The notes: a model not told the origin generated them from the sequence alone. DNA of 64,000 bases from Polyangiales bacterium (GCA_038231275.1 JBBRLQ010000002.1:597647-661646); one strand, 5' to 3'; positions 47,035 to 58,100 are shown, counted from the stretch's first letter. Program-made: numbers and translations.

Positions 47035-47060
47035 CGGAAACGATTCGCTAACCTTCCCAT

Positions 47061-47336
47061 GTGACCGAACGAGACCGTCAGCCCTTCCTCAACTACGAGA
47101 CCGGGACCTTCGCGCCGACGTCGCAGGAGTGGGTCCTTCGCGCCGACCAGTGGTCGCAGACGTACTACCAACTTCGCGACGGCAATCTGTACTTCGTCGA
47201 GAATGACAACAAGGAGCAACAGCACAGCGAGCAGATGCTCGACATCCCCGGGTTCATCCGCGAGCACGGCGCGACGGTGGCGAGCCCTTACCCCGAGCTC
47301 CTCGCGTTCCTCGCCAGCCTCGGCCACGGGCCCTGA
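47061..47336 (+). CDS. Small hypothetical protein
   Basis: 91-aa ORF with protein-like composition. Confidence 0.55.
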   Translation: MTERDRQPFLNYETGTFAPTSQEWVLRADQWSQTYYQLRDGNLYFVENDNKEQQHSEQMLDIPGFIREHGATVASPYPELLAFLASLGHGP

Positions 47337-47419
47337 GGTACACGTCACCGAGCAGCTACGAGCTGCATGCGATCTCCTGGTCGGCCAGGAGCTCATCGAC
47401 CTCTGCTAACGTCTGCCGC

Positions 47420-47926
47420 GTGTACGTCGGCGTCCAGCACACCGTCAAAGAGACAGCGAGTGTCGAGCTCCCGTTCGCGTGCAATGCGTGCGGCTTTCAG
47501 TCGCCCGTACGCATCCGTACGGAAGGGTTCGGCGCCGGCGTTGCCCACTTCGGCGTCGGCAACCAGACGGCGCACGACGCCGCGCGGCGTCGGGCGGTCG
47601 TGAACGTACGGCGTTCGGCCAAGATTATGTGGGAGGCCTTGGCATGCCCTCGCTGCGGAGCACGCAGCAAGAACGGCGATCGCACGCGCCTCGTTTGGAT
47701 CGTCGTGCCGGTGGCGATGGCGAGCGCGTTCCTCACGAGCCTCATCGCGAGCGCCGTCGTCCTCCAGGTCTTCGCCGACACGATCGGCAGCGCCGGCATC
47801 TTCCTGGTCGCGGCCACGCTCGTGAGCCTGGTGTGCGTGATGCCTTCGGTGATGCTGGTCATCGCTCGCAGTCTTCCCATCGCGAAGCTCCGGAGGAACG
47901 CCGCGAAGCACGCGGAGTTTCTGTAA
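47420..47926 (+). CDS. Hypothetical membrane protein with a zinc-ribbon-like CxxC pair
   Basis: CNACG and CPRCG followed by two TM helices. Confidence 0.6.
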   Translation: MYVGVQHTVKETASVELPFACNACGFQSPVRIRTEGFGAGVAHFGVGNQTAHDAARRRAVVNVRRSAKIMWEALACPRCGARSKNGDRTRLVWIVVPVAMASAFLTSLIASAVVLQVFADTIGSAGIFLVAATLVSLVCVMPSVMLVIARSLPIAKLRRNAAKHAEFL

Positions 47927-47956
47927 GCTCGTCGCGTGCCCGCCGACCGCATCCGC

Positions 47957-49419
47957 GTGACCGCCAAGATCGTGCTGCTCCTCGCGGGGCTCGCGTTGGC
48001 GGGAGTGACCGCGTGCCGGTCGCAGGAGCCGGTGCTCGTCAGCCCGCCTTCGGCTCCTCCCCGAGCCCCGTTTCGCTCGTCCCTCCGCAGCCGTTGCCGA
48101 CGTCTTCGTGCGGTCAACCGCCCCCTCCCGCTTCGAACCCCGCGGCGGCGGCGGAGCGAACGACCCTCGACATGCCGACTCCCACGCCGTGTCGCAACGC
48201 GCCGAGCACGGGCCCGGGAGGCGGCCGGATTCGAGGGGTAGCGTCGGTGGTCGCGGTCCCGTGGGGCCTGGCTTCGGTGGGGGGTGCCGAGCTATGCGTG
48301 CTCCGTCGAGGCGGAGGCGGATGGGAGCATCTCTTCGATGTGCGTGGTGACAACCTTTATCGGGTCGCGGGCGATGCCTCCGGAAAGCTGCTCGCTACGT
48401 GGGAGAAAGATCCCGACATTCATCTCTTCGACCGCGAGAAAAAGCAGCACGTACGCATCCGAAAGCCCGCCGCACCGTCGCCGGCGATCTTCGAATATGG
48501 AGTGTCGAACCTGTACTTCGCAGACGATGGTCGCAGCGCCGTCGTCTTCATGGAGGACCGTCCCGCGAGGCCGCCGACGACGCATGGTGCTTACCTGCTC
48601 GACCTCGAAAACGCCGCCCCGCCGAAGCCCTTGTTCGTGCAGACCGGCCTTCTCTTGCGTAGCTCGCTCTCGGCGTCCGTGTTCGCGGTTCCGAAAAACG
48701 AGGCGAGCGCGTGCTTCGATCTCTGCTGCTGGCCGATCGCCGAGATTCGCGCGTGGGAGGTGAGCGGCGGCGTCGCGGGGTGCAAGACGCTGCTGTCTGG
48801 CGCTGGGGACTGGCTCGAGCGGGCTCGCGCGCTACCGGGAAGCGACGAGCGCCACGACGTGGCCGTGCTGATCGCGGAGCACTCGCGGAAGCGTGGACTC
48901 TTGCGATGGCGGTTCGGCGACGCGAAGGCGGACTACCGATCCCTGCCACCCCCCGCCGGCCCCGTCTGGGCGTCGAACGCCAGTCGTTTCACGGGCGCCG
49001 GGGATCTCGTCGAGGTGTGGGATACCGATGCGTGGGGCCTACGGATCCAGCGGCACTCGCCGGCGGGAACGGCGCAGTCCATCGTGCTGCCGCCCCTGCC
49101 GCGACGAGGGGGGTTGACCGACACGCAAGGCGCGCACGTCGTCGAGGAGCGCGCCAACGGCGATCTCTTCGTGCACTGGAGCGACTACCTCTTGCTCCTC
49201 TCGGCGAACGCGCCGATCCGTCTCATGAACCTCGAAGCCGTCCCCGGCAGACGCGAATGGGCATGGGTCGACGTGTACGTTCCGCAGCCGGAGGCGCTGT
49301 GGATCGGCGTCGAGAGCGGCGGCGCTCGGGAGCTCGACCCACTCCCCTTTGCCACGATCGAGCACGCTGCCAAGCCGTGGCCCCTCGATCGCGCGCAGGT
49401 CCGAGCGACCGTGCCCTGA
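47957..49419 (+). pseudogene. Secreted lipoprotein (beta-propeller-like), frameshifted near 48060
   Basis: Signal and lipobox KIVLLLAGLALAGVTAC in one frame; one extra C in the CCCC run joins it to the long 47479 frame. Confidence 0.6.
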
Positions 49420-49490
49420 CGCGTATCCGACTCACTCGGCTGCCGATGCCGCCCTCCGCGCGCGTCATGGCGTCGGTCCCGCCCGCCGCA

Positions 49491-49799
49491 TCAGCCATCC
49501 TTCGGCGCGTCGGCGGCTGCGTCGATCCCTGCGTCGGCCGCGTCGACCTCCCGTGCGGCATCGACGGGTATGCAGTCGCTCTGCGTGCAGCTCCAGCGGC
49601 CCTGGTAGCAAAAGAAATGGCTGCCCAGAGAGCAGCCGATGGGGCAGGGGTCACCGATCTGATCCTCCACGCACTCCGCGTCTGCCACCGAGGAGTCGGA
49701 GGGTCCGGCATCGGGCTTTACGTCGCTGCTGCATGCCGCGACGGCCGCAAAGGCGGGCACGAGAAGAAGGAGAGGAAGAAGAAGAGCACGCGACAGCAT
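49491..49799 (-). CDS. Small Cys-rich lipoprotein
   Basis: Lipobox VAAC; six further Cys; DAG-rich tail. Confidence 0.7.
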   Translation of the reverse strand: MLSRALLLPLLLLVPAFAAVAACSSDVKPDAGPSDSSVADAECVEDQIGDPCPIGCSLGSHFFCYQGRWSCTQSDCIPVDAAREVDAADAGIDAAADAPKDG

Positions 49800-49929
49800 C
49801 GTGCCCCCATCAACGCAGGAAACGTACCGCGTGAAGGGGGCACGAAGTGGCTGATTTCAGGAATCCTCGTGTGCCAACTGGCACGCGCGCAGGATCCGGG
49901 CGGCACACGCGTTGTGCTAGAAGACGCGT

Positions 49930-50249
49930 GTGGCGGAGTTGCCGGGGCACATCGCCCGTCTCGAGAGCTGGCTGCGCCGTAGCGCGGACGCCCCCGCGTG
50001 GGCCGCCGTGCTCCTCGTCGAGGCGCGCGACATGCGCTTCGGACCGCGCGACTCTCGGCGCTGGGCGTCTACGAGGGATTGCTCCTCGTGTGCGTCGAGC
50101 TCCCGCGCGACGCCACGGGAGTGCCGCAGGGCCGGACGAGCGTGAACCTCTCGGGCCCCCCGCTCGACGTCAGGAGCGGCGCCTGCGTCTGGGACGTGAA
50201 CGTCCGGATGGACGTGCTCGCGCGAGCGGACTTCGCGGGCGGCGCGTAG
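49930..50249 (+). pseudogene. Possible frameshifted or truncated hypothetical gene
   Basis: Protein-like text switches from the 49930 frame to the 49998 frame near 50055. Confidence 0.3.
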
Positions 50250-50325
50250 GATCGTCGCATGCGAACGCTCCTCAATCTGGTCGGCAGCTTGTAACGAACC
50301 GGACCAGGAGAGGCCAGGACGAGAG

Positions 50326-50520
50326 CTAGTGCTCGGCGACGACCAAGCAGACCGCGCGCCGCGCTTGCCTCACGGCCTCGATCCGATCCGCGCTGGGCAC
50401 CTGCGGAGCTCCCGCGTCCTGGGCCAAGAGGGCGGACGCGTACTCGCCCTTGATCGCCCAGTTGACCCCCTGGGGCAACGCGCCGGTCGCTTCGATGAAC
50501 GGGAGAACCGCAATCCCTCG
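50326..50520 (-). pseudogene. C-terminal remnant of a trypsin-like peptidase gene
   Basis: ATGALPQGVNWAIKGEY...VRQARRAVCLVVAE resembles the end of S1C proteases. Confidence 0.5.
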
Positions 50521-50577
50521 TCGTCCAAGGGCGGGCTGTTGTGCACCGTGCGGCGGCGGATCTATCGTCCCGACGCC

Positions 50578-52566
50578 ATGGTGCGTTCGTTCGCCCTGCT
50601 CGCCGTCTTGCTCCTCGTCGCCGCGCCCGGCTGCGCGTCGCCGTCGTCGGGCCGCATCGCGCTCTCGGCGTCGACCACGCGGGACCTCGCGGCCGGCGTC
50701 TTCGAAGTGGTCATCCCTCGCGTCGAGGACACGCCGGGGACGAAGTATGCAATCCCGCTTCCGTTCGAGCTCCTTCCGTTCGCGCAGCGCAACGAAATGC
50801 TTCGCGGCATCGGCACCGCGTTCGCGATTTCGCGCACTCGGTTCGTCTCGGCGGCGCACGTGATGCCCCTGCTCGGCGCGTCTGCCGAGCGCTACTTTTT
50901 GCGCGACTCCGGCGGCGCGACGTACGAAATCGGGCGAATCGTGAAGTATTCGAAGTACCGCGACCTCGTCGAGTTCGAGCTCGTGACCCCGATCCCGAAC
51001 GTCCTGCCGCTCGTCCCGAGGAACGACGTCGAGATCGGCGAGCTCGTGCTCACCGTCGGCAACGCGATCGGGGAGGGTATCGTCGCGCGCGCCGGGGCGC
51101 TCACGTCGCGCACGCCGGAGCCGGTGGACGGGGCGTGGAGCTTCCTTCGCTACACGTCGCCCGCGTCGCCGGGAAACAGCGGCGGCCCGCTGATAGACGG
51201 GGCGGGCCGCGTCGTCGGCGTAGTGGTCCAGAAGAGCCCCGCCGAAAACCTGAACCTCGCCGTTCCGATCGCCGAGCTCGCGGCAGTCAGCACGGCGACC
51301 AGTGACTACGGCGCCAAGGGGGTTCGCTTCGACGAAGACCACAAAGAGATGCTGGCGAACTGGGTCGCGTCGTCCCCCTTGCCCGACTCGCTCGCGTCGC
51401 TCCGCGTCGCCACGAAGCAATCAGGGTACGAATTTTTTCAGGCGAAGCTCGGCGAGTTCGACGCGAAATTCGGGAAGGAGACGTTTCCGAACGCCCCTCG
51501 CCTCGGCGCATACTTGAGGCAGCCACTGGTGCGGAGCGGCCTCGGGCACGTCACCGTCGATCCGACCGGCACGTGGGCGATCACCGAAACGAGCTACGCG
51601 TCGAAGGAGCTCGCGCCGGGGTACTTCGGCGAGTTCTTCGCCGACTCGCGAACGAGCGGACAGATCATGCTGACGAGGCCGCCCGGCGCGGCGCTCGCGC
51701 GGTTCTTCGCGTCGCCCAAGCTCCTGGCCGACGCGCTCCTCCGCAACTACGAGTGGACCATTTCGTTCGCCGGCCGACCGGTACGCGTGGAGACGCTGGG
51801 CGAGCCGGCGCGGACGGATCGGTGGGTGGACGAGTACGGGCGCCCGTGGTTCACGTTCGTCTGGCCGATACGTCGCGCCGACGAGGTCCTCGAGCTCGAT
51901 TGCCTGACCAACGCCGCAGGATGGGCGTGTTACTGGGAAAAGGCGCCGGCGCCGAACGAGGCCTTTCTGTCGATCTGGGCCAAGCGCCGCGCGCGACGGA
52001 CGACCATGGCGTATTTCGGGCACCTCGTCGATTGGGCGGAGTTTCTGGCGCTCCCCGAGACCCACCGCCCGCCGATCTTCGCGGGCGCGTCCGTGCGTCT
52101 CGACGGAGGGTTGACGTTCGCGTTCCGCCCGTTCGCCGGGAAAATCGATCTGCCCGCTTGGTCGAGCGCGAGCTTGCTCGACGTCTTCGTCGTCCCTGAG
52201 CCGCCGCCCGCGCTCACGCAACGCATTCTCGAAATCACGCTGCGACCTGAACCGGCGGTGAAGACCTTCACGTTGTCCTTGACCGCGCTCTCGAGCCCGC
52301 GCGACGGCATGCTCCCGGGGTACGCGGACGCGTGGCAAAAGCTGCGCACGTCGGCCGCGCCGTTCGACAACGTCCTCAAGACCGACGGCGGCGCCGGCAC
52401 GATCCAGCGCGCGATCGATCGGGCCCCGCCCGCGGGCGCCGACCGCGGGTACTTCACCACGTGCCACAGCCGAACGGACTACACTAAGGTGGACTTGCGA
52501 TCCGCCTGCACCAAGCTTCAGGAGGGCGTGAGGATCATCGGCGAGCCCGGGCCCCGCGGGCCCTAG
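50578..52566 (+). CDS. Trypsin-like (S1) serine protease, secreted lipoprotein
   Basis: GTAFAI, SAAHV, RDLV, ASPGNSGGP catalytic triad; signal ending APGC. Confidence 0.88.
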   Translation: MVRSFALLAVLLLVAAPGCASPSSGRIALSASTTRDLAAGVFEVVIPRVEDTPGTKYAIPLPFELLPFAQRNEMLRGIGTAFAISRTRFVSAAHVMPLLGASAERYFLRDSGGATYEIGRIVKYSKYRDLVEFELVTPIPNVLPLVPRNDVEIGELVLTVGNAIGEGIVARAGALTSRTPEPVDGAWSFLRYTSPASPGNSGGPLIDGAGRVVGVVVQKSPAENLNLAVPIAELAAVSTATSDYGAKGVRFDEDHKEMLANWVASSPLPDSLASLRVATKQSGYEFFQAKLGEFDAKFGKETFPNAPRLGAYLRQPLVRSGLGHVTVDPTGTWAITETSYASKELAPGYFGEFFADSRTSGQIMLTRPPGAALARFFASPKLLADALLRNYEWTISFAGRPVRVETLGEPARTDRWVDEYGRPWFTFVWPIRRADEVLELDCLTNAAGWACYWEKAPAPNEAFLSIWAKRRARRTTMAYFGHLVDWAEFLALPETHRPPIFAGASVRLDGGLTFAFRPFAGKIDLPAWSSASLLDVFVVPEPPPALTQRILEITLRPEPAVKTFTLSLTALSSPRDGMLPGYADAWQKLRTSAAPFDNVLKTDGGAGTIQRAIDRAPPAGADRGYFTTCHSRTDYTKVDLRSACTKLQEGVRIIGEPGPRGP

Positions 52567-52590
52567 AGCGCGGCCGCTACCGGCGCCCCC

Positions 52591-53150
52591 TCACGGGCAT
52601 GCGGCCAATGGGAACCACGCATCGTCCCAGCTCGGCCGCGCCGAGGTCGTGAAGTCGAAGGCGCCGAGCAGATCACCGTCGCTGCCCGCGTCCCGCGCCC
52701 CTGGCCCCAGCCGCGCGCTCCACGCGAAGACGTCTTCGACGAGCTTCGCGATCGCGCCGAAGCTGGTTGGAGTGGACACGACCGCGCCTCCGAGCGACAT
52801 CCCCCCGCGCGCCGCGCGAACGGAGAGATGACCATGAGCGGCACGCGCATGGCGCGCGAGTGGGTCGGGCAGTCGGCCGCTGCAGGTGGGACGTGATCGA
52901 ACGCAGAGCTCCAATCGCACGTGACCACGATGACGACCCCCTTGCCGGTCGCCGCGTCGTACCAGACGTTGCGACCGTCGCTCTCCTTCGCGTGCGCCAC
53001 GCCTTGCAGGATCTGCCGCGTCCAGTTCTCGCCGTAGCAGACGTCGACCCCTTCCTCGCTGCAGCTGACGCCGCCGGAGACCACGTTGCCGGTCGCGTCG
53101 CACGTCGCCTTCGGGTACTGGACGAACGTGACCGTCGCGAGGTCGCCCAC
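52591..53150 (-). pseudogene. Phosphoesterase/phospholipase C family remnant
   Basis: IVVTCDW..FDHVPP, RVPLMVISPFAR, then in another frame SFGAIAKLVEDVF...DLLGAFDF. Confidence 0.65.
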
Positions 53151-53159
53151 GCCCGACGG

Positions 53160-53425
53160 CGAACGGACGCAGGACCCCGGAGAAATCGCCGAGGTGCTTT
53201 CCCGGATAGGTGACCTGGATATTCGCCGCTCGCCACGACTGGTCGACCGGCTCGAGGAAGAGCGTCGCGCCAGGGACTTCGATCGTGGAGGCGAGCCGCT
53301 CGAAGAAGTCCTTTTCGTGCCATCGCTTTTCCAGTTGGTGACCGCGGGAACGCCGGTCACACGACCTGGCTCAACCTTCAAGTCGAGGTCCTCCGAGAAC
53401 CGCTCGATCAGCCCAAAACCTTCGA
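53160..53425 (-). pseudogene. AbiEii/AbiGii-like nucleotidyltransferase fragment
   Basis: GFGLIERFSEDLDL signature; frameshifted downstream; no start. Confidence 0.7.
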
Positions 53426-53434
53426 CGGCGAGTC

Positions 53435-53718
53435 CGACGCTTCTCCGGGACGCACGTCGTCCACCACGCGTCTCCGACCTCTTCAAGTAGGCGCCTCTCA
53501 ATGAAGTCCCGCGCCGAGTTCTCGAACGCAGCAATAGCCACGTAGACGACGGACATTTCACGCGCGCGCCCCAGCAACGGCATCATCCATCAGCGAAGGG
53601 GAAGACGCGCAGCAATCTTCTCGGCCCTCACAGCGGAGTTCGGACGCTCGTGGTTGTCGGCCGTCGCCTGCCGGGCGAGGAGGCCGCGATACGCGAAGGG
53701 GTCAACCTTCTGGCTCAT
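53435..53718 (-). pseudogene. Swt1-like HEPN protein, 5' fragment with internal stop
   Basis: MSQKVDPFAYRGLLA...stop...MSVVYVAIAAFENSARDFI...VGDAWW. Confidence 0.6.
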
Positions 53719-53805
53719 CGAGCGAATCTTGCGGACGACGTTTTCCTCACCGAGCGTTTGAGCACCCGCCGTGCGCGTTTGGTTCCCCTCCGAGTTTCCA
53801 TCACC

Positions 53806-55944
53806 ATGAATTTTCAGATCCTCAACGCTCCGGCGCTGGTCGCGTGTGCGGCTGCCGCCCTCGTAGCGGTTTCCTGTGCGGCGCCCTCGATTCGGCAGCC
53901 CCCGCGAAACGCTTCATCCGCCCCAGGTGCACGCCCCGCGCCTGCAGTGTCGCCGCACCCCCCGTCTTCGGGGCCCTCGGAAGAGGACGTTCTCAAGCAG
54001 CAAATTAGGCCTCACTGGCTGCCAGACGGCCATCGCTTCTGGTACCGCCACGAGCTTGCGGACGGCACGAACGCGTTCGTCGTCGTGGACCCCACAACCG
54101 GGGAGCGCAAGCCTGCGGTCAACCATGAGCACCTCGAGGAACAATCCAACGGCCTCGAAGCCGCAATGAAAGCGGCGGCGACCACCGAGAAGGCTCCTGG
54201 TTCCGAGGTCATCGTGTCGCCGGACGGTCACCGCGAGGCGTTCATCAAGGACCACAACGTCTGCGTGCGCACTCGGGCAGGTCGCGACACCGTTGTGCTG
54301 AGCCACGACGGGACCGAGGACGATGCGTATGCGCCCGAAGATCTCTCCTGGTCCCCCGATTCGACGAAGCTCGTCGCGATGCGTACCCGCAAAGGTGACG
54401 AGCGGAAGGTCTCCCTCATCGAATCGTCGCCGGCCGATCAGCTCCAGCCGAAGCTCAGCTCCTACGACTATCTGAAGGCGGGCGATCGGATCCCGATCGC
54501 CAAGCCGCAGCTCTTCGACGTCCGAACGCGGGCGCACATTCTGCTCGACGACCGGCTCTTCGCGCAGCCGTGGAGCTTGACGCAATGGCACTGGTCGCCT
54601 GACTCCAAGCGATTCAGCTTCCTCTACAACCAGCGCGGTCATCAGGTCGCACGCGTCGTCTCGCTGGACGTAGCCACCGGGGAGACGCGAGCGCTGATCG
54701 ACGAACAGAGCAAGACGTTCATCGATTACACAGGCAAGGCCTACTATCGAATCCTCGACGACACACGCGAGATCGTCTGGATGTCCGAGCGCGACGGGTG
54801 GAGCCACCTCTATCTTTACGACGCTGACACCGGGACCGTAAAAAACCAGATCACCCGCGGACAATGGGTCGTTCGCCGTGTGGAACGCGTCGACGCGAAG
54901 CAGCGGCAGATCTGGTTTCTCGCGGGCGGCGTGCGAAAGGGCCAGGATCCCTATTACCTTCATCTTTGCCGCGTCAATTTCGACGGTTCCGGTTTCACGG
55001 TGCTCACCGAGGGGGACGGCACGCACGCGGTCGACTACTCCCCGGACGAGCGCTTCTTCGTCGATACCTGGTCGCGTGTCGACCATCCGCCCGTTACCGA
55101 GCTACGGAGCGCGAGCGATGGTCGGCTCATCATCGAGCTCGAGCGGGTCGATGCCGGCCGGTTGATCGAGACCGGCTGGACCCCACCCGAGCGTTTCGTC
55201 ACGAAGGGGCGCGACGGAACGACAGATATCTACGGCATCATCATTCGCCCGAAGCGTTTCGATCCGACCAAGAAGTATCCCGTGATCGAGGACATCTATG
55301 CTTCGCCGAAGCGCGCGCACGTATCCAAATCTTTTGGAACCGACACCAGTCGCCGCGCGCTCGCCGAGAGGGGATTCATCGTCGTTCAGATCGATGGCAT
55401 GGGGACCTCCTATCGATCTAAGTCCTTCCAGGACGTGGCGTGGAAGAATCTTGCCGACGCCGGGTTTCAGGACCGCATCGCGTGGATAAAGGCGGCCGCG
55501 GGAAAGCACGCCGAAATGGATCTGACGCGTGTGGGCATCTACGGCGGCTCGGCCGGCGGACAAAGCGCGATGCGAGCGCTCCTCTCGCACAGCGATTTTT
55601 ACAAGGTCGCTGTGGCGGACTCGGGTTGCCACGACAACCGAATGGACAAGATTTGGTGGAACGAACAGTGGATGGGCTGGCCCGTCGATGACAGCTATGC
55701 CAGGAGCTCGAACGTGGTCGACGCGCACAAGCTCCAGGGCAAGCTGCTTCTCATCGTGGGCGAGCTCGATCACAACGTCGACCCGTCTTCGACGATGCAG
55801 GTCGTCAATGCCCTCATCGAGGCAGACAAGGACTTTGACCTGATCGTGGTGCCCGGCGGCGGCCACATGGTGGGGGATAGCCCCTACGGGGCCAGGCGCC
55901 GCGCGGACTTCTTCGTGCGGAGCTTACTGGGATCGACGCCCTAG
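53806..55944 (+). CDS. S9 family (DPP IV-like) peptidase, exported
   Basis: Beta-propeller with SERDGWSHLY; GIYGGSAGG, GELDHNV, GGGH triad. Confidence 0.93.
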   Translation: MNFQILNAPALVACAAAALVAVSCAAPSIRQPPRNASSAPGARPAPAVSPHPPSSGPSEEDVLKQQIRPHWLPDGHRFWYRHELADGTNAFVVVDPTTGERKPAVNHEHLEEQSNGLEAAMKAAATTEKAPGSEVIVSPDGHREAFIKDHNVCVRTRAGRDTVVLSHDGTEDDAYAPEDLSWSPDSTKLVAMRTRKGDERKVSLIESSPADQLQPKLSSYDYLKAGDRIPIAKPQLFDVRTRAHILLDDRLFAQPWSLTQWHWSPDSKRFSFLYNQRGHQVARVVSLDVATGETRALIDEQSKTFIDYTGKAYYRILDDTREIVWMSERDGWSHLYLYDADTGTVKNQITRGQWVVRRVERVDAKQRQIWFLAGGVRKGQDPYYLHLCRVNFDGSGFTVLTEGDGTHAVDYSPDERFFVDTWSRVDHPPVTELRSASDGRLIIELERVDAGRLIETGWTPPERFVTKGRDGTTDIYGIIIRPKRFDPTKKYPVIEDIYASPKRAHVSKSFGTDTSRRALAERGFIVVQIDGMGTSYRSKSFQDVAWKNLADAGFQDRIAWIKAAAGKHAEMDLTRVGIYGGSAGGQSAMRALLSHSDFYKVAVADSGCHDNRMDKIWWNEQWMGWPVDDSYARSSNVVDAHKLQGKLLLIVGELDHNVDPSSTMQVVNALIEADKDFDLIVVPGGGHMVGDSPYGARRRADFFVRSLLGSTP

Positions 55945-56062
55945 CAGGGTGGTGCGGGCGAGCGCGGCGAGAGGCTTGGCGGCGGGCATGGGGCGACGAT
56001 ACCAAGGCGGGTTGGCGGGGGGTCTGCGTTTCCGGGCGAGGTCAACGACGGGCGGGTGCGAT

Positions 56063-56839
56063 TCAGCGGCAGTACTCCGGATCCGTGTTGTTCGCGTGGC
56101 AGCACGTCGCGCCGAGGGCGCAGCGGCCCGCGTCGGAGAACGGGCAGTAGGGGCCGACGCCGCCGTCGGTCGGGTGGAGCGTGGGCGGCGGACCGCAGTT
56201 GGATCCGGCGTCGGAGCCTCCGTCACCTCCGCCATCCCCTCCGCCGCCGCCACCCGCCGTCGTACAGAGGCCGAACGTGTGTCCCTTCGACGAGAACGCG
56301 ACGCACCCGGTGCCGGGTACGCCGGCGCACTGCGCGTCGGTGGTGCAGAGCGCGATCTCGCCGGTGCCGCACGCCGCGCGGCACGCGCTCTCGGTCACCT
56401 TGGTGCCGTAGAGCCTGCCGCACACCGGGTCGCTCTGGACGCCGCCCTTTAGGCAGCACACCGGCGCCGCGCCTGAGCACATCGTCGCGTCGTCGCACTC
56501 GAACGCGTTGCCCGCCTCGGTGGCGAAGCCGCAGACGCCGGGCCGCGCCGAGCCGTCGGCGTTCGCGCCGGTGTCGTCGCCGGCGCCTGTGTCGGCCGCG
56601 CTGCTTCCGTCGGCGGGCGGCTGCGTCGTCGTCTGATCGGCGCCGCCCGAGTCGACGCCAGGCCCCGCGCCGCTCGAGCCGTCGCCGCCGCCGCACCCCT
56701 GCGCGCCGCCGCCGAGCACGGCCATCCCGAGGCCGCCGCAAAGAGCGAGCGCGCGTGCTACGGAGAGCGGCGGCCGCCCCTGGCTCCCGCGTCGGTCGTC
56801 GCTGCGCTTCGTGAGGTTCTTTGCGTGATCTCGTCCCAT
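56063..56839 (-). CDS. Cys-rich secreted lipoprotein, possibly 3'-truncated
   Basis: Hydrophobic stretch ending AQGC; Gly/Asp linker; many Cys; GPYCPFS motif. Confidence 0.65.
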   Translation of the reverse strand: MGRDHAKNLTKRSDDRRGSQGRPPLSVARALALCGGLGMAVLGGGAQGCGGGDGSSGAGPGVDSGGADQTTTQPPADGSSAADTGAGDDTGANADGSARPGVCGFATEAGNAFECDDATMCSGAAPVCCLKGGVQSDPVCGRLYGTKVTESACRAACGTGEIALCTTDAQCAGVPGTGCVAFSSKGHTFGLCTTAGGGGGGDGGGDGGSDAGSNCGPPPTLHPTDGGVGPYCPFSDAGRCALGATCCHANNTDPEYCR

Positions 56840-57184
56840 GACTTCGCTTGGCGAGAGGGGCGGCGCCTCATTTCGAAATCGACCTGCCCCTTCTCGACGC
56901 GCCGAGATCGCTGGGGTTACTTCCGCCGACTTCACGCGCGCGCTCCTCACCGTTCGTTCACTGCGAAGTGCACGCAATAGTTCCGCGCGTCGTGCCGTCA
57001 CGCAGAAGTTTTGGCAGCTCCTGCGCCGCGTAACGGTCGCCAAGGTGCCGGCCGAGGCGGGCGGGAGTGTGCTCATCTGATGGGGCCACTTCAGGCCTCA
57101 TCGATGGTGAACGAGTTCCGCGATGTCCTCCGGCTGAGCGCCGAGAGCCTCATGGTAGCATCGAGCAATGCGTACGGGCTCGTC

Positions 57185-57712
57185 TTGAAAAGACCCCGCA
57201 TCATGTTCGTGAACGCGGCGCTCGGGCTGTTGGCGGTCACGCTCACCGCGTCCGGCTGCGGCAACAAGAACGCTACGCCCGCCGGAACAAAAGTCCTCGA
57301 CTGGAGCATCGCGAACAGCGACCGCGCCGCGATCAAGACCGCGACGGTCGACGCACGCAAGACGAGCGATCGCGTCGCGACCTTCACGCTCGCCAACGAG
57401 GACGTGAAGCTGAAGCTCCATATTGAGAGCGGCACCGCGAAGTACGAAGAAGGCGGCAAGCCGATGCAGGTCTCGTCCGTCACGGCCGTCACTGCGTCGG
57501 TAGAGGACGGCAAGGACTACACGTTCACGGCGGGCACATGCCGCGGACCGGATTACGCGACCATCACGCCGGGCGCAGCTCCGGGAGATGCAGTCCTCGA
57601 CTGCCTGATCCACGCCGACAAGCCGAGGTATCAGATGCTCGTGACCTTCCAAATGAAAGGCGACGGCAGTCTCCTGCCGCAGAACGCGGGCACCACCCTG
57701 AAGGTGAAGTGA
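57185..57712 (+). CDS. Hypothetical lipoprotein
   Basis: KRPRIMFVNAALGLLAVTLTASGC lipobox; start is TTG 57185 or ATG 57203. Confidence 0.7.
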   Translation: MKRPRIMFVNAALGLLAVTLTASGCGNKNATPAGTKVLDWSIANSDRAAIKTATVDARKTSDRVATFTLANEDVKLKLHIESGTAKYEEGGKPMQVSSVTAVTASVEDGKDYTFTAGTCRGPDYATITPGAAPGDAVLDCLIHADKPRYQMLVTFQMKGDGSLLPQNAGTTLKVK

Positions 57713-57714
57713 GC

Positions 57715-57830
57715 GGTAGACGCAACGAGCGGCGCCCATGCCGGCCTCCACGCGAAAGCGGACCGTCTCGTACCCGTACTGCTGCTCCCGGGCGAAGAAG
57801 AGGAAGGGCCGCTTGCACATCCGGCAGCCA
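57715..57830 (-). pseudogene. Fragment of a zinc-ribbon (zf-trcl-like) protein
   Basis: CRMCKRPFLFFAREQQYGYETVRF. Confidence 0.45.
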
Positions 57831-57954
57831 CCTGAAACGACAAAGCCTTCGTCCAGAGGTTACGAAATCCTCCTTCCGTGCCTTTCCGCGAGCAAGCTCG
57901 CCGTCACATCGGGATCTGCGATCTGCACCGACTGCGGCCGAGAATCTTCTGGAG

Positions 57955-58000
57955 CGTGAAGAGGCGAACGTGTGCCGTAGGTCGTGAAGGCGAAAGCGAC
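57955..58000 (-). pseudogene. Tyrosine recombinase box II fragment
   Basis: FRLHDLRHTFAS; no flanking integrase sequence. Confidence 0.65.
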
Positions 58001-58100
58001 ATCGGAAACCTTCGCCAAGCGGAGGTCGCTGCGCGAGCTCCTGCGGGATAACGTCGACGCGTTCGCACGCGCGACGCCTCGACGCTACTCTGCTGCCGAC

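Noticed and set aside
18300-52500. Integron cassette array explaining the many small genes
   Set aside because: Genes lie on both strands with their own promoters; no recurring attC-like sites or intI seen.
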